NCBI GenBank assembly: GCA_009380045.1
Contig: WHSN01000002.1
Span: forward strand, 9,744 to 73,743
Length of the DNA: 64,000 nt
From: Luteitalea sp.
Lineage (GTDB): Bacteria > Acidobacteriota > Vicinamibacteria > Vicinamibacterales > CAVVIG01
Reading direction: 5' to 3'
Shown: positions 8,793-18,760 of the stretch, piece by piece
Numbering within the stretch: the first letter of the stretch is position 1
Layout of the letters: each line of letters opens with the position of its first letter
Position numbers and translations under genes: made by a program
Notes under the pieces: generated by a model
Told to the model about the DNA's origin: nothing
Database searches by the model: none
Seen by the model: the letters and a program-made list of their open reading frames with translations, nothing else

Positions 8793-10205
8793 TCAACCTC
8801 TGTGTCCCGCGCCGAGCAACGTCTCCTCCGGCTCGATGTCTGGCAGCCTGGCATCGAGTGACGCGCGAAGCCGCGGAAGGCTTTCCGGGTACTTGTGCTG
8901 AACGAACGAGACCAACTTCTCACGGATCTCGCAACGAAGGTCCCAGGCGAGGGATGCATCCGCGGCGCTCGCGAGGGCCCGAATCTCCAGAGTGTGCTCC
9001 TTCGCATCGGTGACCTGCAGGACGTTGACCTTGCCGTCCCAGTAGCGCGATGTTTCGAGGAGCCGTGTGAGCTCCGCGCGTAACGCATCGAGAGGCACGG
9101 TGTAGTCCACATAGAGGAAGACAGTGCCGAGAATCTCAGCCGACGAGCGTGTCCAGTTCTGGAACGGCTGCTCGATGAAGTAGTTGATCGGCACCACCAG
9201 CCGTCGCAGGTCCCAGATCCGGACCACGACGTAGGTGAGCGTGATGTCTTCGATCCGTCCCCACTCGTTCTCGACGATGACGACGTCGTCCACGCGGATC
9301 GGCTGTGTCAGCGCAATCTGGAATCCGGCGAGCAACGTCGCGATGCTCCGTTGGGCTGCGAAGCCGATGACGATGCCGGCAATGCCGGCCGACGCGAGAA
9401 TGCTAGCGCCGAATTGCCGCACCGAGTCGAAGACCATCAGCATCGACGCCAGCGTGAAGATGCCGATTGCCGTCACGGCCACCTTCTTCAGCACAACGAC
9501 CTGGGTGTAGATCGAGCGGGCCTGCAGGTTGTCGCTGACGTCGATCCGATGTTGTCGGAGGACGAACGATGCCGCGGCGTTCACGATCTGGAACAGGATG
9601 AACGCGAGCACGCCGATCAGCAGCAGGCTGGTGGCATTTCGGACCACCTCGGCCAGGGCCGGCGAGACCGAAAGGGCCGGCGCCCCGAGGATGAGCGCCA
9701 GAAGAGGAAGCCCGCGTCTAATCGCGTTGCCGGCGAGCGGCAGCAGCAGGTCATCCCAGGAGGTCTCCGCCCGGGTCGACAGCGACACCAGGAACGCTTC
9801 GATCAGCCGGCCGGTACGTGAGAGCAGCCAGAAGATCGCGCCGACGACACTGACGCTGTAGGCCCAGGTCAGAGCGACGAGTGCCGGTTCGGCAAGTGTC
9901 CGCAGGCCGGCCTGGCGCAACAGCAGGCTCAGCGCAAAGTAGAGTCCGTGAATCCATATCAGAAGGGCGAGCGCTGGCAGGATCTCCCTGAGACCGCGTG
10001 TCGACCAGCGTCGGAGATGCGTTTGGCCCGTCGCGCAGTCGCTCACGGCGGCGGCATCATCCTGGCGTGCCTTCCGCTGAACCCACCAGCGCAGCCAGAG
10101 GAGCGCCACGGCCATCAATGTCAGCACCAGCGCTGCCAATGTGACGGCTGACGCACCGAACCCGGCGATGAGCTGTGTCCACAATGACGACAGGTCGTCC
10201 TCCAT
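8793..10205 (-). CDS. mechanosensitive ion channel family protein (MscS-like)
   Basis: Several N-terminal TM helices, then the MscS core IVIGFAAQRSIATLLAGFQIALTQPIRVDDVVIVENEWGRIEDITLTYVVV. The ATG at 10205 lies 5 nt after the cupin stop. The track ORF extends to GTG 10247. Confidence 0.8.
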   Translation of the reverse strand: MEDDLSSLWTQLIAGFGASAVTLAALVLTLMAVALLWLRWWVQRKARQDDAAAVSDCATGQTHLRRWSTRGLREILPALALLIWIHGLYFALSLLLRQAGLRTLAEPALVALTWAYSVSVVGAIFWLLSRTGRLIEAFLVSLSTRAETSWDDLLLPLAGNAIRRGLPLLALILGAPALSVSPALAEVVRNATSLLLIGVLAFILFQIVNAAASFVLRQHRIDVSDNLQARSIYTQVVVLKKVAVTAIGIFTLASMLMVFDSVRQFGASILASAGIAGIVIGFAAQRSIATLLAGFQIALTQPIRVDDVVIVENEWGRIEDITLTYVVVRIWDLRRLVVPINYFIEQPFQNWTRSSAEILGTVFLYVDYTVPLDALRAELTRLLETSRYWDGKVNVLQVTDAKEHTLEIRALASAADASLAWDLRCEIREKLVSFVQHKYPESLPRLRASLDARLPDIEPEETLLGAGHRG

Positions 10206-10210
10206 TGTTC

Positions 10211-10696
10211 TTACAGGGCCGGAAACGTCAGACCGAAGCGCCGGCACAGATCCGGGACGCTTTCAAACCGCATCTCGAGCGCATACTTGTCGTTGATTTG
10301 GGCAAACTTGGCCGCGTCTCCCCACGCCACGGCCACCTCCCGGAAGTACCCCTCAAAACCCGCAGGTGAGATGACCTCGATGATCTCGCAGGGCGTGTCG
10401 CCGGCATTCCAGAAGGTGTGCCACTGCCTACGAGGCTTGAAGATCCAGGTCCCCGCATCGGCGGTCACGACTTCCTCCCCCAACAACGCTCCGAGCCTGC
10501 CGGTCAGCACGTACGACAGCTCGTCCTCGTTGTGGTGATAGTGAAGCGGCGCCGCGAGCGCGTGCGGGGCGATCGGATGGTGGACGACCGAGAACCGCCC
10601 CCCTGTCTGGTTCCCGTCGACCTTCCAACAGACGCCCAGCCCGCCGAAATCGAAGCTTTCCCTTTCTCCTGGGCTGACCATCAATGCCTTCGTCAC
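10211..10696 (-). CDS. cupin domain-containing protein
   Basis: Cupin motifs HYHHNEDELSYVLTG and WHTFWNAGD. The GTG at 10696 is preceded by GAGGAGGAG. The track ORF starts further upstream at 10774. Confidence 0.7.
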   Translation of the reverse strand: MTKALMVSPGERESFDFGGLGVCWKVDGNQTGGRFSVVHHPIAPHALAAPLHYHHNEDELSYVLTGRLGALLGEEVVTADAGTWIFKPRRQWHTFWNAGDTPCEIIEVISPAGFEGYFREVAVAWGDAAKFAQINDKYALEMRFESVPDLCRRFGLTFPAL

Positions 10697-11391
10697 GTTC
10701 TCCTCCTCATGTCTCGAGAAACCTCTCGCCACAGCCCCGAGCCTGGCTCGCGCCAGGAGCGCGCGGCCAGCCACGCGACAGGAAACGGCTGTATGGGATT
10801 GGCGTGCCGTGGCGGAACGCGAGCGGATAGAAGTAAAGGGGGAGTACTAAAAGACGCCGCGGCCGAGATTCTTGAAGGCGGGCAGGGGCGAACGCGACTC
10901 GGCGCACGTCAGCGCATCGAAGAGGGCGTCCCGAAAGAGGGAGCTCGTAAACGGGCAGAACGCAAGGCCCACGTGTCAACGCTAACGCGCGGCGTGAATC
11001 CTGTCAATGAACGCGTTGGATGTTGGATGTGAGCCCCCTCAAGGAGTCTCTTCCAGGAATTCCATCGAGGCGGCCGTGCGGCGAACGCTCCGAACCGCTG
11101 TGGAGCACGACCTCAAACGGCGCACGGATCGTGCCCGGCAGATTGGTGCGCTAGCTCGACGTCGTGACCGACTTCGATCCTGTTTTGACCTGACCCTGCG
11201 CGCGGCGAAACCCTGACGCCGATCGAGCGTGCGAGTTGCCGGACCCCCAACGCGCCTACAATTGGCCGTGCGATCCAAATTCCAGAAGTCGCGGAGCTCG
11301 CTCCCGCTCCCAAAATCTTCCGGGCGAAGGCGATGGGTGCCATTCACGGGCGACCTGGGCGCGAACCATTCATCTCCGGCTTGACCCTGTC

Positions 11392-12672
11392 ATGGAGCCT
11401 ACCAGCCCCTATCGACCTCGGGTATCGCGCGAAACCCGGCTGCTGCTGACGGCCGGCGTGTTGGCGATCGCAGCGCTCTGGCTCTTGGCGCGCTTCAGGT
11501 TCCGGGATCTTCCTGTGACACCCAATCCAATCCCGGCTGTCCTCAGTCAGCTGGCCACCGGTCCCAGGTATGACGACCTCGCTGCGGAGATCGCGCCGCT
11601 CCAAGCCCGGCTGGAAGCCTCCCTTCTCGCGCTCGAACCTCGTTCGGTTGTCTTTGGCTCTCAGCAGACCTCACGCCGGATCGCGGCGCTGAGATTTCGC
11701 GACGACGTCGCGGTGACCCTGCTCCCGACCGGGTCGATTTTCGAGGAGGCAAACCTCCTCGCCAGCGATGCGGCCTCTGGCCTCGCCGTGGTGCGCGTGC
11801 CGAGCCAGGCGCCCAGCTCTACGCCGGCGCCATGGATACCACGCCGCCTTCAGCAACCGCGTTACCTCATCGCCACTGACCTGTCACCGAACGGCGTGTC
11901 ACTGCGCCCGGTATTTGTGGGATCGCTCGATCAGATAGACAGCCCGTTGTGGTCCGAGCCGCTATGGACGGTGCCGGAGCGGAGTGATTTGGCGCCGGGG
12001 TCATTTCTGTTCACCAGTAACGCCGAGCTCGTGGGCATGGTAATCGAGGACGGTGTCGAGCGCGTCATCGTGCCGGGTTCGACGCTTCTCCAGCAGGCGG
12101 ATCGCCTGGTGGAAGAACCAAGGGAACCCGCCGGGACAATCGGCATTGAAGTGCAGGCGCTGACAGAACCTGTGGCGTCGGTGACGGGTGCTTCCGCCGG
12201 CATCGTCGTCACGTGGGTTGAACAGGACGGCGCCGCCATGGGGCAGCTCATGGCGGGCGACGTCATCGAAGCGATCGACGGGCGGACGCTCGCGACTCGT
12301 CAACATTGGGACGTTCGTGTGGCCCGCCTGTCGGTGGGCGAGACGCTGCCGCTCCGCGTGCGCAGGCGTGGCGAGGTCCTCGACGTGATGTTGGTCGCGA
12401 CCAGCGCTGCCGTGCAGGCCCCCACCCGGGCGCTTGGTCTCACGCTGCGTGGACGGACGGGAATCGGTGCCGAGGTGACCCGTGTCGAGCCCGCTTCCGC
12501 CGGGGACCGGGCCGGACTGGCGGTCGGCGACGTGATCACGCTCGTCGCCGCTGTCAGGGCGCCGACGCCGGCCCAGGTCGCGCGGTCCTTCACCTCCGTG
12601 CCCCAGGGTCAGCGTGTGATGATTGCCGTCACGCGAGGCGATGCTCACCATGTGACGACGCTGGAACGATGA
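11392..12672 (+). CDS. membrane-anchored HtrA/DegP-like protein with two PDZ domains; protease catalytic motifs not evident
   Basis: From ATG 11392 there is an N-terminal TM segment (LLLTAGVLAIAALWLLARF) and a trypsin-fold-like region. That region lacks a recognisable GNSGGP serine box; GSFLFTSNAELVGMV sits in its place. Two PDZ-like segments follow (GIVVTWVEQDGAAMGQLMAGDVIEAIDG and GAEVTRVEPASAGDRAGLAVGDVI). Confidence 0.65.
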   Translation: MEPTSPYRPRVSRETRLLLTAGVLAIAALWLLARFRFRDLPVTPNPIPAVLSQLATGPRYDDLAAEIAPLQARLEASLLALEPRSVVFGSQQTSRRIAALRFRDDVAVTLLPTGSIFEEANLLASDAASGLAVVRVPSQAPSSTPAPWIPRRLQQPRYLIATDLSPNGVSLRPVFVGSLDQIDSPLWSEPLWTVPERSDLAPGSFLFTSNAELVGMVIEDGVERVIVPGSTLLQQADRLVEEPREPAGTIGIEVQALTEPVASVTGASAGIVVTWVEQDGAAMGQLMAGDVIEAIDGRTLATRQHWDVRVARLSVGETLPLRVRRRGEVLDVMLVATSAAVQAPTRALGLTLRGRTGIGAEVTRVEPASAGDRAGLAVGDVITLVAAVRAPTPAQVARSFTSVPQGQRVMIAVTRGDAHHVTTLER

Positions 12673-13847
12673 CGTCCCTTCCAGCCGGGGATCCGTTCGG
12701 CCTTCTCGATCCGTCTCTCGATGGCGCCGTCGACCAGGGACGTGGGCGGGCGTTGGACCCTGATGGGGCCGGGACGCGGAGCTGGCGCCGGTTGCTCGAA
12801 TGGTCGGCGACATCGGCTCCGGTGGCTCCTCTCCTCGTGATCGGAATCGCGGTCGGCCCTCGCGGCATCAACCTGCTGTCTGCAGCTGTGCTGGGGTTGC
12901 TCGATCCGGTGGTTCCGGTCGCGCTCGCCGCACTGGGGGTGCTTATCGGGCTGGCCGTGGGTGACCGTCGAGCGGACAACCGGCGTCTGTTCGCCGCCGC
13001 GTCTCTCGACGCGGCGGCGACCATGCTCGTGGTCTCGGCCGGGATCGGCGTGGTCGCGTTCGCGGCGATGTCACCGGTCGCCCGCCCCTTCGGGACACTC
13101 GCCTTGATCAGCGGCATCTGTGCCGCAACGTCGCTGACGCTGCCGGCGGGCAATCCCTTGGAACCCCGGACGGCGGCCACCCGCGTCAGCGAGATCGGCG
13201 TCCTGCTCCCGATTGTGGCGGGCGGGTTTGTGCTTGCGTGGCTGCGCGCGGGCACGCCCCTGGGAGCCGTTGTCCTCGTAGCGCAGGCGTGCGGCGTGAC
13301 ACTTGCGCTGGCCGCCGCCGCATGGCTGTTGTTGACACGGGCCTCTTCCGAAACGGAAGAACGCGTCCTGGCCGTTTCGGCACTGCTCCTCGTCGGCGGC
13401 GTCGCGGACGCCCTTGCCCTGTCCGCGCTGTTCGGCGGGCTGGTTGCCGGTGTGTGCTGGCGCTACGCGGGACGGCACCCGCGCGAGACGATCAGTCGGG
13501 ATGTGTTTTTCATACAGCACCCCCTCCTCGTGCTCGTGCTGCTGGTGGCCGGGGCTCGTGCGGATCTGACGACCGCCTCACTCGCACTAGGGGCCGGGTA
13601 CGTCGTGCTGCGCACCGCTGGCAAGGTGGCAGGAGGCGCCGTGGCCAGGCGCGTCGCCGGCGTGAACGTGCCTCGCGATCTTGGGCGCTCCCTTCTGCCG
13701 CCGGGCGTCTTCGGCGTGGCGTTCGCGCTCAACGCGATCAACGTCGTCGGCGCCGACGCGTCGCTCCTGCTTGCGGCAGTCGTGATTGGCACCGTCGGGT
13801 CGCAGTTCGTCGCGCTCCTGCTGCCACATCGGAGAGTGGGCGAGTGA
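12669..13847 (+). CDS. polytopic membrane protein, cation/proton-antiporter (Na+/H+ exchanger family)-like
   Basis: ATG 12669 overlaps the upstream stop (ATGA). About 11-12 hydrophobic helices. LLVIGIAVGPRGINLL resembles the [16 protein letters not shown] start of the next gene's membrane domain, so the two look paralogous. Confidence 0.6.
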   Translation: MTSLPAGDPFGLLDPSLDGAVDQGRGRALDPDGAGTRSWRRLLEWSATSAPVAPLLVIGIAVGPRGINLLSAAVLGLLDPVVPVALAALGVLIGLAVGDRRADNRRLFAAASLDAAATMLVVSAGIGVVAFAAMSPVARPFGTLALISGICAATSLTLPAGNPLEPRTAATRVSEIGVLLPIVAGGFVLAWLRAGTPLGAVVLVAQACGVTLALAAAAWLLLTRASSETEERVLAVSALLLVGGVADALALSALFGGLVAGVCWRYAGRHPRETISRDVFFIQHPLLVLVLLVAGARADLTTASLALGAGYVVLRTAGKVAGGAVARRVAGVNVPRDLGRSLLPPGVFGVAFALNAINVVGADASLLLAAVVIGTVGSQFVALLLPHRRVGE

Positions 13848-16603
13848 GGCGCCTGCTGGCGCTCGGGTTGGCTGTCGGCGCGATGGCCTCGGTCCGCGAG
13901 CTCCGCATCCAGGTGACGGCCGGTTCAGCGGCCACCGCGCTGGCACTTGGGTTCGCGCTGATGGGCGCGTCGGTCACGGGTGACGTGCTGCGGCGGTTTC
14001 ATCTCCCGCGCCTGACCGGGTATCTCCTCTTCGGTGTGGTCGTCGGGCCGTCTCTCGGCAACCTGATTACCCAATCGATGGCCGCTCAGCTTCAGGTGGT
14101 CACGGGAATCGCCACGACGCTGATCGCGCTGATCGCTGGCCTGACGTTGAGCGTCGAGCGCCTCGGGGCCCGACTCGCGGCGATCATGCGGATGACCGCC
14201 GCGACCCTGGTCGTGGCCATGGTCGGTCTATCAGCGGTGGCGTGGATGGTATGGCCGTGGCTGCCCATTGCGCCCGACGCCGTCGGGTCCCAGCGGCTTG
14301 TCATGCTGACCTTGCTGGTCGTGATGGTCGTCTCGTTCTCGCCGACGATGACGGCGGCGGTGGTCGCGGACTCGGGAGCCCGCGGGCCACTGAGCGATAC
14401 GGTGCTGGCGATCGTCGTGCTCGCCGATCTCGCGATTCTGGTGCTCTTCTCGGTGTCGATGCAGCTGGCGCGAATCGTCTTCGACACTGGCGAAGGCCAG
14501 GGCGTGGAGGTGCTGGCGCGACTCGCCTGGGAGATCGGGGGGGCCGTCGCCTTTGGCGTCCTCATCGGCGTCTTGTTTGCGTTCTATTTGCGCTACATCG
14601 GCCGGGAGATCACGCTTGTCCTGCTGGCTGTGTGCGCCGTGCTGAGTCAGGTCGGCACGACGCAGCAACTCCAGTCGCTGCTGGCAGCCGTCGCGGCGGG
14701 TGTGGTGATCGAGAACCTGGCGGTCGCACAGGGCGACACATTGCGGGCCGCCGTGCGCCGTGGCGCGCCGCCGGTGCTGGTGGTCTTCTTCGTGGCGGTC
14801 GGCGCGTCACTTCGGCTCGACGCCCTGGCCGCCATCGGGCTGAGCGCGGTGACATTGTCTGCGGTCCGACTCGGATTCATCAGGCTTGGAGTCGGGGCAG
14901 GCGTCACGCTCTCGGGGCTTCCCGAGCCAATCGGGAAGCACGCCTGGACGGGCCTGGTGTCCCAGGCCGGCATTACTCTGGGATTTGCCTCCGTCGTCGC
15001 CACCGAGTTCCCCGGGTGGGGGAACCAGGTGCAACTGCTGCTGGTCGCGTCGATTGCGATTCACGAGCTCGTGGGACCGATTCTGTTTCGCCGCGGGCTG
15101 GTTCAGGCCGGCGAGCTCGACGCGCACGTGCCTCGTCCCCTCGTGGTCGTGTCCAACCGCGAACCGTACCTCCACAGCCGGGATGAGGACGGCCGAATCG
15201 TGGCGCAAGCCGCGACCGGTGGCGTCGCCGTGGCCCTGGACGCCCTGATGCGCGAACGTGGCGGCGTGTGGATCGCCCACGGAGCCGGCCCGGCGGACCG
15301 GTTGGTCGTCGATGCGACTGACAAGGTGCGGGTCCCCCCTGAGAGCCCATCGTACGCGCTTCGGCGTCTGTGGCTCGAGGAGCCCACCTTCTCTGCGTAC
15401 TACGGGGGCTTCGCGAATGAGGGCCTGTGGCCGTTGTGCCATGTGGTCGATGTCCGTCCACAGTTTCGGAGCGAGGAATGGGCGGCCTACCAGGACATCA
15501 ACGGGCGCTTCGCCGCCGCGATTCACGCCGAGCTCGGCGCGTCCAACGCGCCGGTGTTCATCCAGGACTATCACCTGGCGCTCGTCGCGCCAGCGTTGCG
15601 GGCGCTGCGGCCTCACACGCGCACGGCCCTCTTCTGGCACATCCCCTGGCCCTATCCCGATCGCCTCCGCATCTGTCCGTGGCGGCGCGAACTTGTCGCG
15701 GGACTGCTGGCCAACGACCTGATCGCCTTTCAACTGGAACGCGACCGCCGAAATTTCCTGATGGCCGCCGACGAAGAGCTGCACGCCGAGGTCGAGATCG
15801 AGTCGTCGCGAGTCCGATTCGGCGGGCGCTCCACCACGGTCGTCTCGGTGCCCATCGGTGTCGACTACGACCGCATCCAGAGCTTCGCCGCTGACCCGGC
15901 GCTCCTGACCGAGCAGCAGCGTCTGCGGGAGCTGCTCGGCCTTCGGGCGGAGATCGTCGGGCTCGGCGTCGATCGACTCGACTACACCAAGGGCATCCCT
16001 GAGCGCCTCGACGCGCTCGCGGCGCTGATGGCCGAGCGGCCGGATCTGCGGGGGCGGTTGACGTTCGTGCAGATTGGCGTGCCGTCCCGTTCGGATCTCA
16101 AGAGCTATGCGGCCATCGAAGCGGAGATCGGCCAGCGGATCGCCACGATCAATGCGCGCTACGCGGTTCCGGGCGGCGCACCGGTGGTGTCGTACTACAC
16201 GACGCCGCTCGGGGCGTTCAGCCTCGTGGCGCTCTATCGTCTCGTCCACTTCTGCATCGTCAGCTCGCTGCACGACGGGATGAACCTCGTGGCAAAGGAG
16301 TTCGTTGCCGCCCGCGACGATGACCACGGCGTACTCGTGCTCAGCGCCCTGGCCGGCGCCGCGCAGGAGCTCGAGGACGCGGTGATCATCAACCCCTACG
16401 ACATCGATGCGTTCGCCGCGGCCCTCGGACGAGCCATAAACATGACGAGCGAAGAGCAGGTGAGACGCATGCGGACGATGCGGAAGGTGGTCGCGGGACG
16501 GAACGTCTTCAACTGGGCGTCGGATATCCTGGAGGGTCTCGAGAGTCTCTGGACCAAGCCGCTGCTCTACTCGGTCCGGGGGTGGGAAGAGACGTCGGTG
16601 TGA
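13844..16603 (+). CDS. otsA: fusion protein: N-terminal cation/proton-antiporter-like membrane domain plus C-terminal alpha,alpha-trehalose-phosphate synthase (GT20, OtsA)
   Basis: GTG 13844 overlaps the upstream stop (GTGA). The first ~430 aa are polytopic ([43 protein letters not shown]). The C-terminal ~480 aa align by eye to E. coli OtsA ([73 protein letters not shown]). Confidence 0.8.
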   Translation: MRRLLALGLAVGAMASVRELRIQVTAGSAATALALGFALMGASVTGDVLRRFHLPRLTGYLLFGVVVGPSLGNLITQSMAAQLQVVTGIATTLIALIAGLTLSVERLGARLAAIMRMTAATLVVAMVGLSAVAWMVWPWLPIAPDAVGSQRLVMLTLLVVMVVSFSPTMTAAVVADSGARGPLSDTVLAIVVLADLAILVLFSVSMQLARIVFDTGEGQGVEVLARLAWEIGGAVAFGVLIGVLFAFYLRYIGREITLVLLAVCAVLSQVGTTQQLQSLLAAVAAGVVIENLAVAQGDTLRAAVRRGAPPVLVVFFVAVGASLRLDALAAIGLSAVTLSAVRLGFIRLGVGAGVTLSGLPEPIGKHAWTGLVSQAGITLGFASVVATEFPGWGNQVQLLLVASIAIHELVGPILFRRGLVQAGELDAHVPRPLVVVSNREPYLHSRDEDGRIVAQAATGGVAVALDALMRERGGVWIAHGAGPADRLVVDATDKVRVPPESPSYALRRLWLEEPTFSAYYGGFANEGLWPLCHVVDVRPQFRSEEWAAYQDINGRFAAAIHAELGASNAPVFIQDYHLALVAPALRALRPHTRTALFWHIPWPYPDRLRICPWRRELVAGLLANDLIAFQLERDRRNFLMAADEELHAEVEIESSRVRFGGRSTTVVSVPIGVDYDRIQSFAADPALLTEQQRLRELLGLRAEIVGLGVDRLDYTKGIPERLDALAALMAERPDLRGRLTFVQIGVPSRSDLKSYAAIEAEIGQRIATINARYAVPGGAPVVSYYTTPLGAFSLVALYRLVHFCIVSSLHDGMNLVAKEFVAARDDDHGVLVLSALAGAAQELEDAVIINPYDIDAFAAALGRAINMTSEEQVRRMRTMRKVVAGRNVFNWASDILEGLESLWTKPLLYSVRGWEETSV

Positions 16604-16861
16604 GGCGGGCATCGAGTGGCTCGCACAGCGCCTTCCGGCGGTCGGTCGTCAGTCGGGCTCACCGATATCGACGTCAGTCGCCGACCGGCGCGCGTGGGGA
16701 TTTCGCGGGCGAACGCGCCGCCTGGGAGTGCAAAACCAGTCCGCTCGTTCGACGAGTGGGGCGCCCGGTCACCTTTCGCGTGCTCGCCGGTGTATCATTC
16801 ATGGGGAGCGCGCTCGAAGGTTGAAGAAGCGTTTCTACCTCGAGTTGCTTCGCCTTGCATC

Positions 16862-18121
16862 ATGATCAGTAATCCCACCGCCTTCCGGACCGTTCCACGC
16901 ACGGGCGTCATCTTCGTGATGTCCGAGGCGCAGACGAGCGGCTATTCGGCCCTCGATCCCGAGTGGTGCAACCTCGGTCAGGGCCAGCCCGAGACCGGCG
17001 CGCTCGAAGGCGCGCCAGAACGCGTTCGGGACGTCAATATATCGGTCGACGATCAGGAGTACGCGCCGGTCGGCGGAATCGGTGAGCTGCGCGAAGCGAT
17101 CGCCGACCTCTACAACGGGCTCTATCGAAGGGGCCGCGGGTCGCAGTACTCCGCCGAGAACGTGTGCGTGTCCGGCGGCGGCCGTGCGGCCCTCACTCGT
17201 GCGGCGGCGAGCCTCGGCACCATCAATCTGGGCCATTTTCTGCCCGACTACACCGCATACGAAGAGCTGCTCGATCTCTTCAGGACGTTCAACCCGACTC
17301 CGATCCTGCTCGATTCCGACCGCGGCTACGCGTTCTCGCACGAGGACCTGCGAAGGGAGATCCTCGGCCGTGGGCTCTCCGCGATCCTGGCGTCGAATCC
17401 CTGCAATCCGACCGGCAAGCTCGTCGGGGGTGAGGACCTCGAAGCGTGGGTAGCCGTCGCGCGCGACCTCGATTGCTCACTGCTCCTCGACGAGTTCTAC
17501 TCACACTACATCTACCGCGCGAAGCCCGGCGCGCTGCCCGTCGAAAGCGCCGCACGCTATGTTGACGACGTGGACCGTGATCCGGTGATTCTCTTCGACG
17601 GCCTGACCAAGAACTGGCGGTATCCCGGATGGCGCGTGACCTGGGCGATCGGTCCAAAGGCGGTGATCGAGGCGCTCACGAGCGCGGGCTCGTTCCTGGA
17701 CGGTGGCGGAAACAAGCCGCTCCAGCGGGCTGCGATTCCGCTCCTGGCCGAAGATCACGTCGTCAAGGAAACGCTCGCTATCCGAAACGCGTTTCGTGAA
17801 AAGCGCGATTGCATGGTCTCGCGGCTCGAGCGCATGGGCGTACAGATCGATCGTCCGCCAGATGGAACGTTCTATGTCTGGGGCAGCGTCGCCGATTTAC
17901 ACCCCTCGATTGCCGACGGTATGAGCTTCTTCCGCGCCGCGCTCGACAGCAAAGTGATCGTCGTGCCCGGTGAATTCTTCGACGTCAACCCTGGCAAGCG
18001 CAGGGGTCGCGGATCGCGGTTTCGCGCGCACGTTCGCTTCTCGTTCGGACCGAGCTTGGGGGCGGTGGAGAAGGCGCTCGGTCGTCTCGAACAGCTGGTC
18101 GACGCGTTCGCCACCGCCTGA
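16862..18121 (+). CDS. pyridoxal-phosphate-dependent aminotransferase (class I/II)
   Basis: From ATG 16862 (MISNPTAF): GQGQPE, NPCNPTG, DEFYSHY, and LTKNWRYPGWRV as the PLP-lysine region. Length is 419 aa. Confidence 0.8.
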   Translation: MISNPTAFRTVPRTGVIFVMSEAQTSGYSALDPEWCNLGQGQPETGALEGAPERVRDVNISVDDQEYAPVGGIGELREAIADLYNGLYRRGRGSQYSAENVCVSGGGRAALTRAAASLGTINLGHFLPDYTAYEELLDLFRTFNPTPILLDSDRGYAFSHEDLRREILGRGLSAILASNPCNPTGKLVGGEDLEAWVAVARDLDCSLLLDEFYSHYIYRAKPGALPVESAARYVDDVDRDPVILFDGLTKNWRYPGWRVTWAIGPKAVIEALTSAGSFLDGGGNKPLQRAAIPLLAEDHVVKETLAIRNAFREKRDCMVSRLERMGVQIDRPPDGTFYVWGSVADLHPSIADGMSFFRAALDSKVIVVPGEFFDVNPGKRRGRGSRFRAHVRFSFGPSLGAVEKALGRLEQLVDAFATA

Positions 18122-18195
18122 ACTCGCTGGCGCGCAACTCCCCGGCGCCGGAGCGAAGACGGCCATGCGCGAGCATCGACCGGTGGCTGGCGCGC

Positions 18196-18684
18196 TCAGG
18201 CGCTCTTGGCGAGCGCCTTCAACGGCTCACCGGTAAGCCGCTGAATCGTCCAGTCGTTCATCGCCGTCGCGCCCACCCCCCGATACACACGCAGCGCCAT
18301 CTCGTTCCAGTCCAGGACCGACCACTCCATCCGGCCGAACCCCCGATCGATCGCAATGTGTGCCAGGTGCGCCAGCAGCTTCCGCCCCAGCCCCTGTCTC
18401 CGCCATTCGGGACGCACGTAGAGGTCCTCCAGATAGAGGCCCGGTCTCGCGAGAAACGTCGAGAAGCTGATGAAATACACCGCAAACCCGGCCGGCTCCG
18501 CGCCGGCGTAGGCGAGCACGGCGTAAGCGACGCGCTCGGGTCCAAAGAGCGTCTCGTACAGATCGGATTCAGTGGCAGTCACCTGATCCCCGAGCTTCTC
18601 GTAGTCAGCGAGCTCTCTGATGAACTGCAGCACCACCGGCAGGTCCTGCTCGGTCGCGGGCTGTAGACGGAACGCGAGGGTCAT
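18196..18684 (-). CDS. GNAT family N-acetyltransferase (diamine acetyltransferase-like)
   Basis: From ATG 18684 (MTLAFRLQPAT...). Acetyl-CoA motif A: LYVRPEWRRQGLGRKLL. Confidence 0.75.
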   Translation of the reverse strand: MTLAFRLQPATEQDLPVVLQFIRELADYEKLGDQVTATESDLYETLFGPERVAYAVLAYAGAEPAGFAVYFISFSTFLARPGLYLEDLYVRPEWRRQGLGRKLLAHLAHIAIDRGFGRMEWSVLDWNEMALRVYRGVGATAMNDWTIQRLTGEPLKALAKSA

Positions 18685-18760
18685 GGCGAAGGATCGTAGC
18701 ACGCCCAGAACCGCGATCGGCCCGGTGAAGGTCTCGAGTCGAGACGGTCCTGTCCCGAAG

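Noticed and set aside
11007-11216. 69-aa ORF in the long intergenic gap
   Set aside because: It uses many A/T-ending codons (GAT, GTT, GGA, TGT, CAA, AAT, CGA, CTT, TTT), unlike genuine genes here. It has no ribosome-binding site and no recognisable family.
14807-16612. 601-aa antisense ORF opposite the OtsA domain
   Set aside because: Composition is low-complexity and Arg/Asp/His-rich, and the opposite strand encodes an unmistakable GT20 enzyme.
16604-16861. 258-nt GC-rich leader upstream of the aminotransferase as a riboswitch or attenuator
   Set aside because: It contains some local hairpins (CGGCGGTCGG/CCGACCGGCG; CTCGT-TCG-ACGAG). I could not match any riboswitch core by eye, and such hairpins are expected by chance at this G+C content. 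An Rfam scan is needed before any claim.
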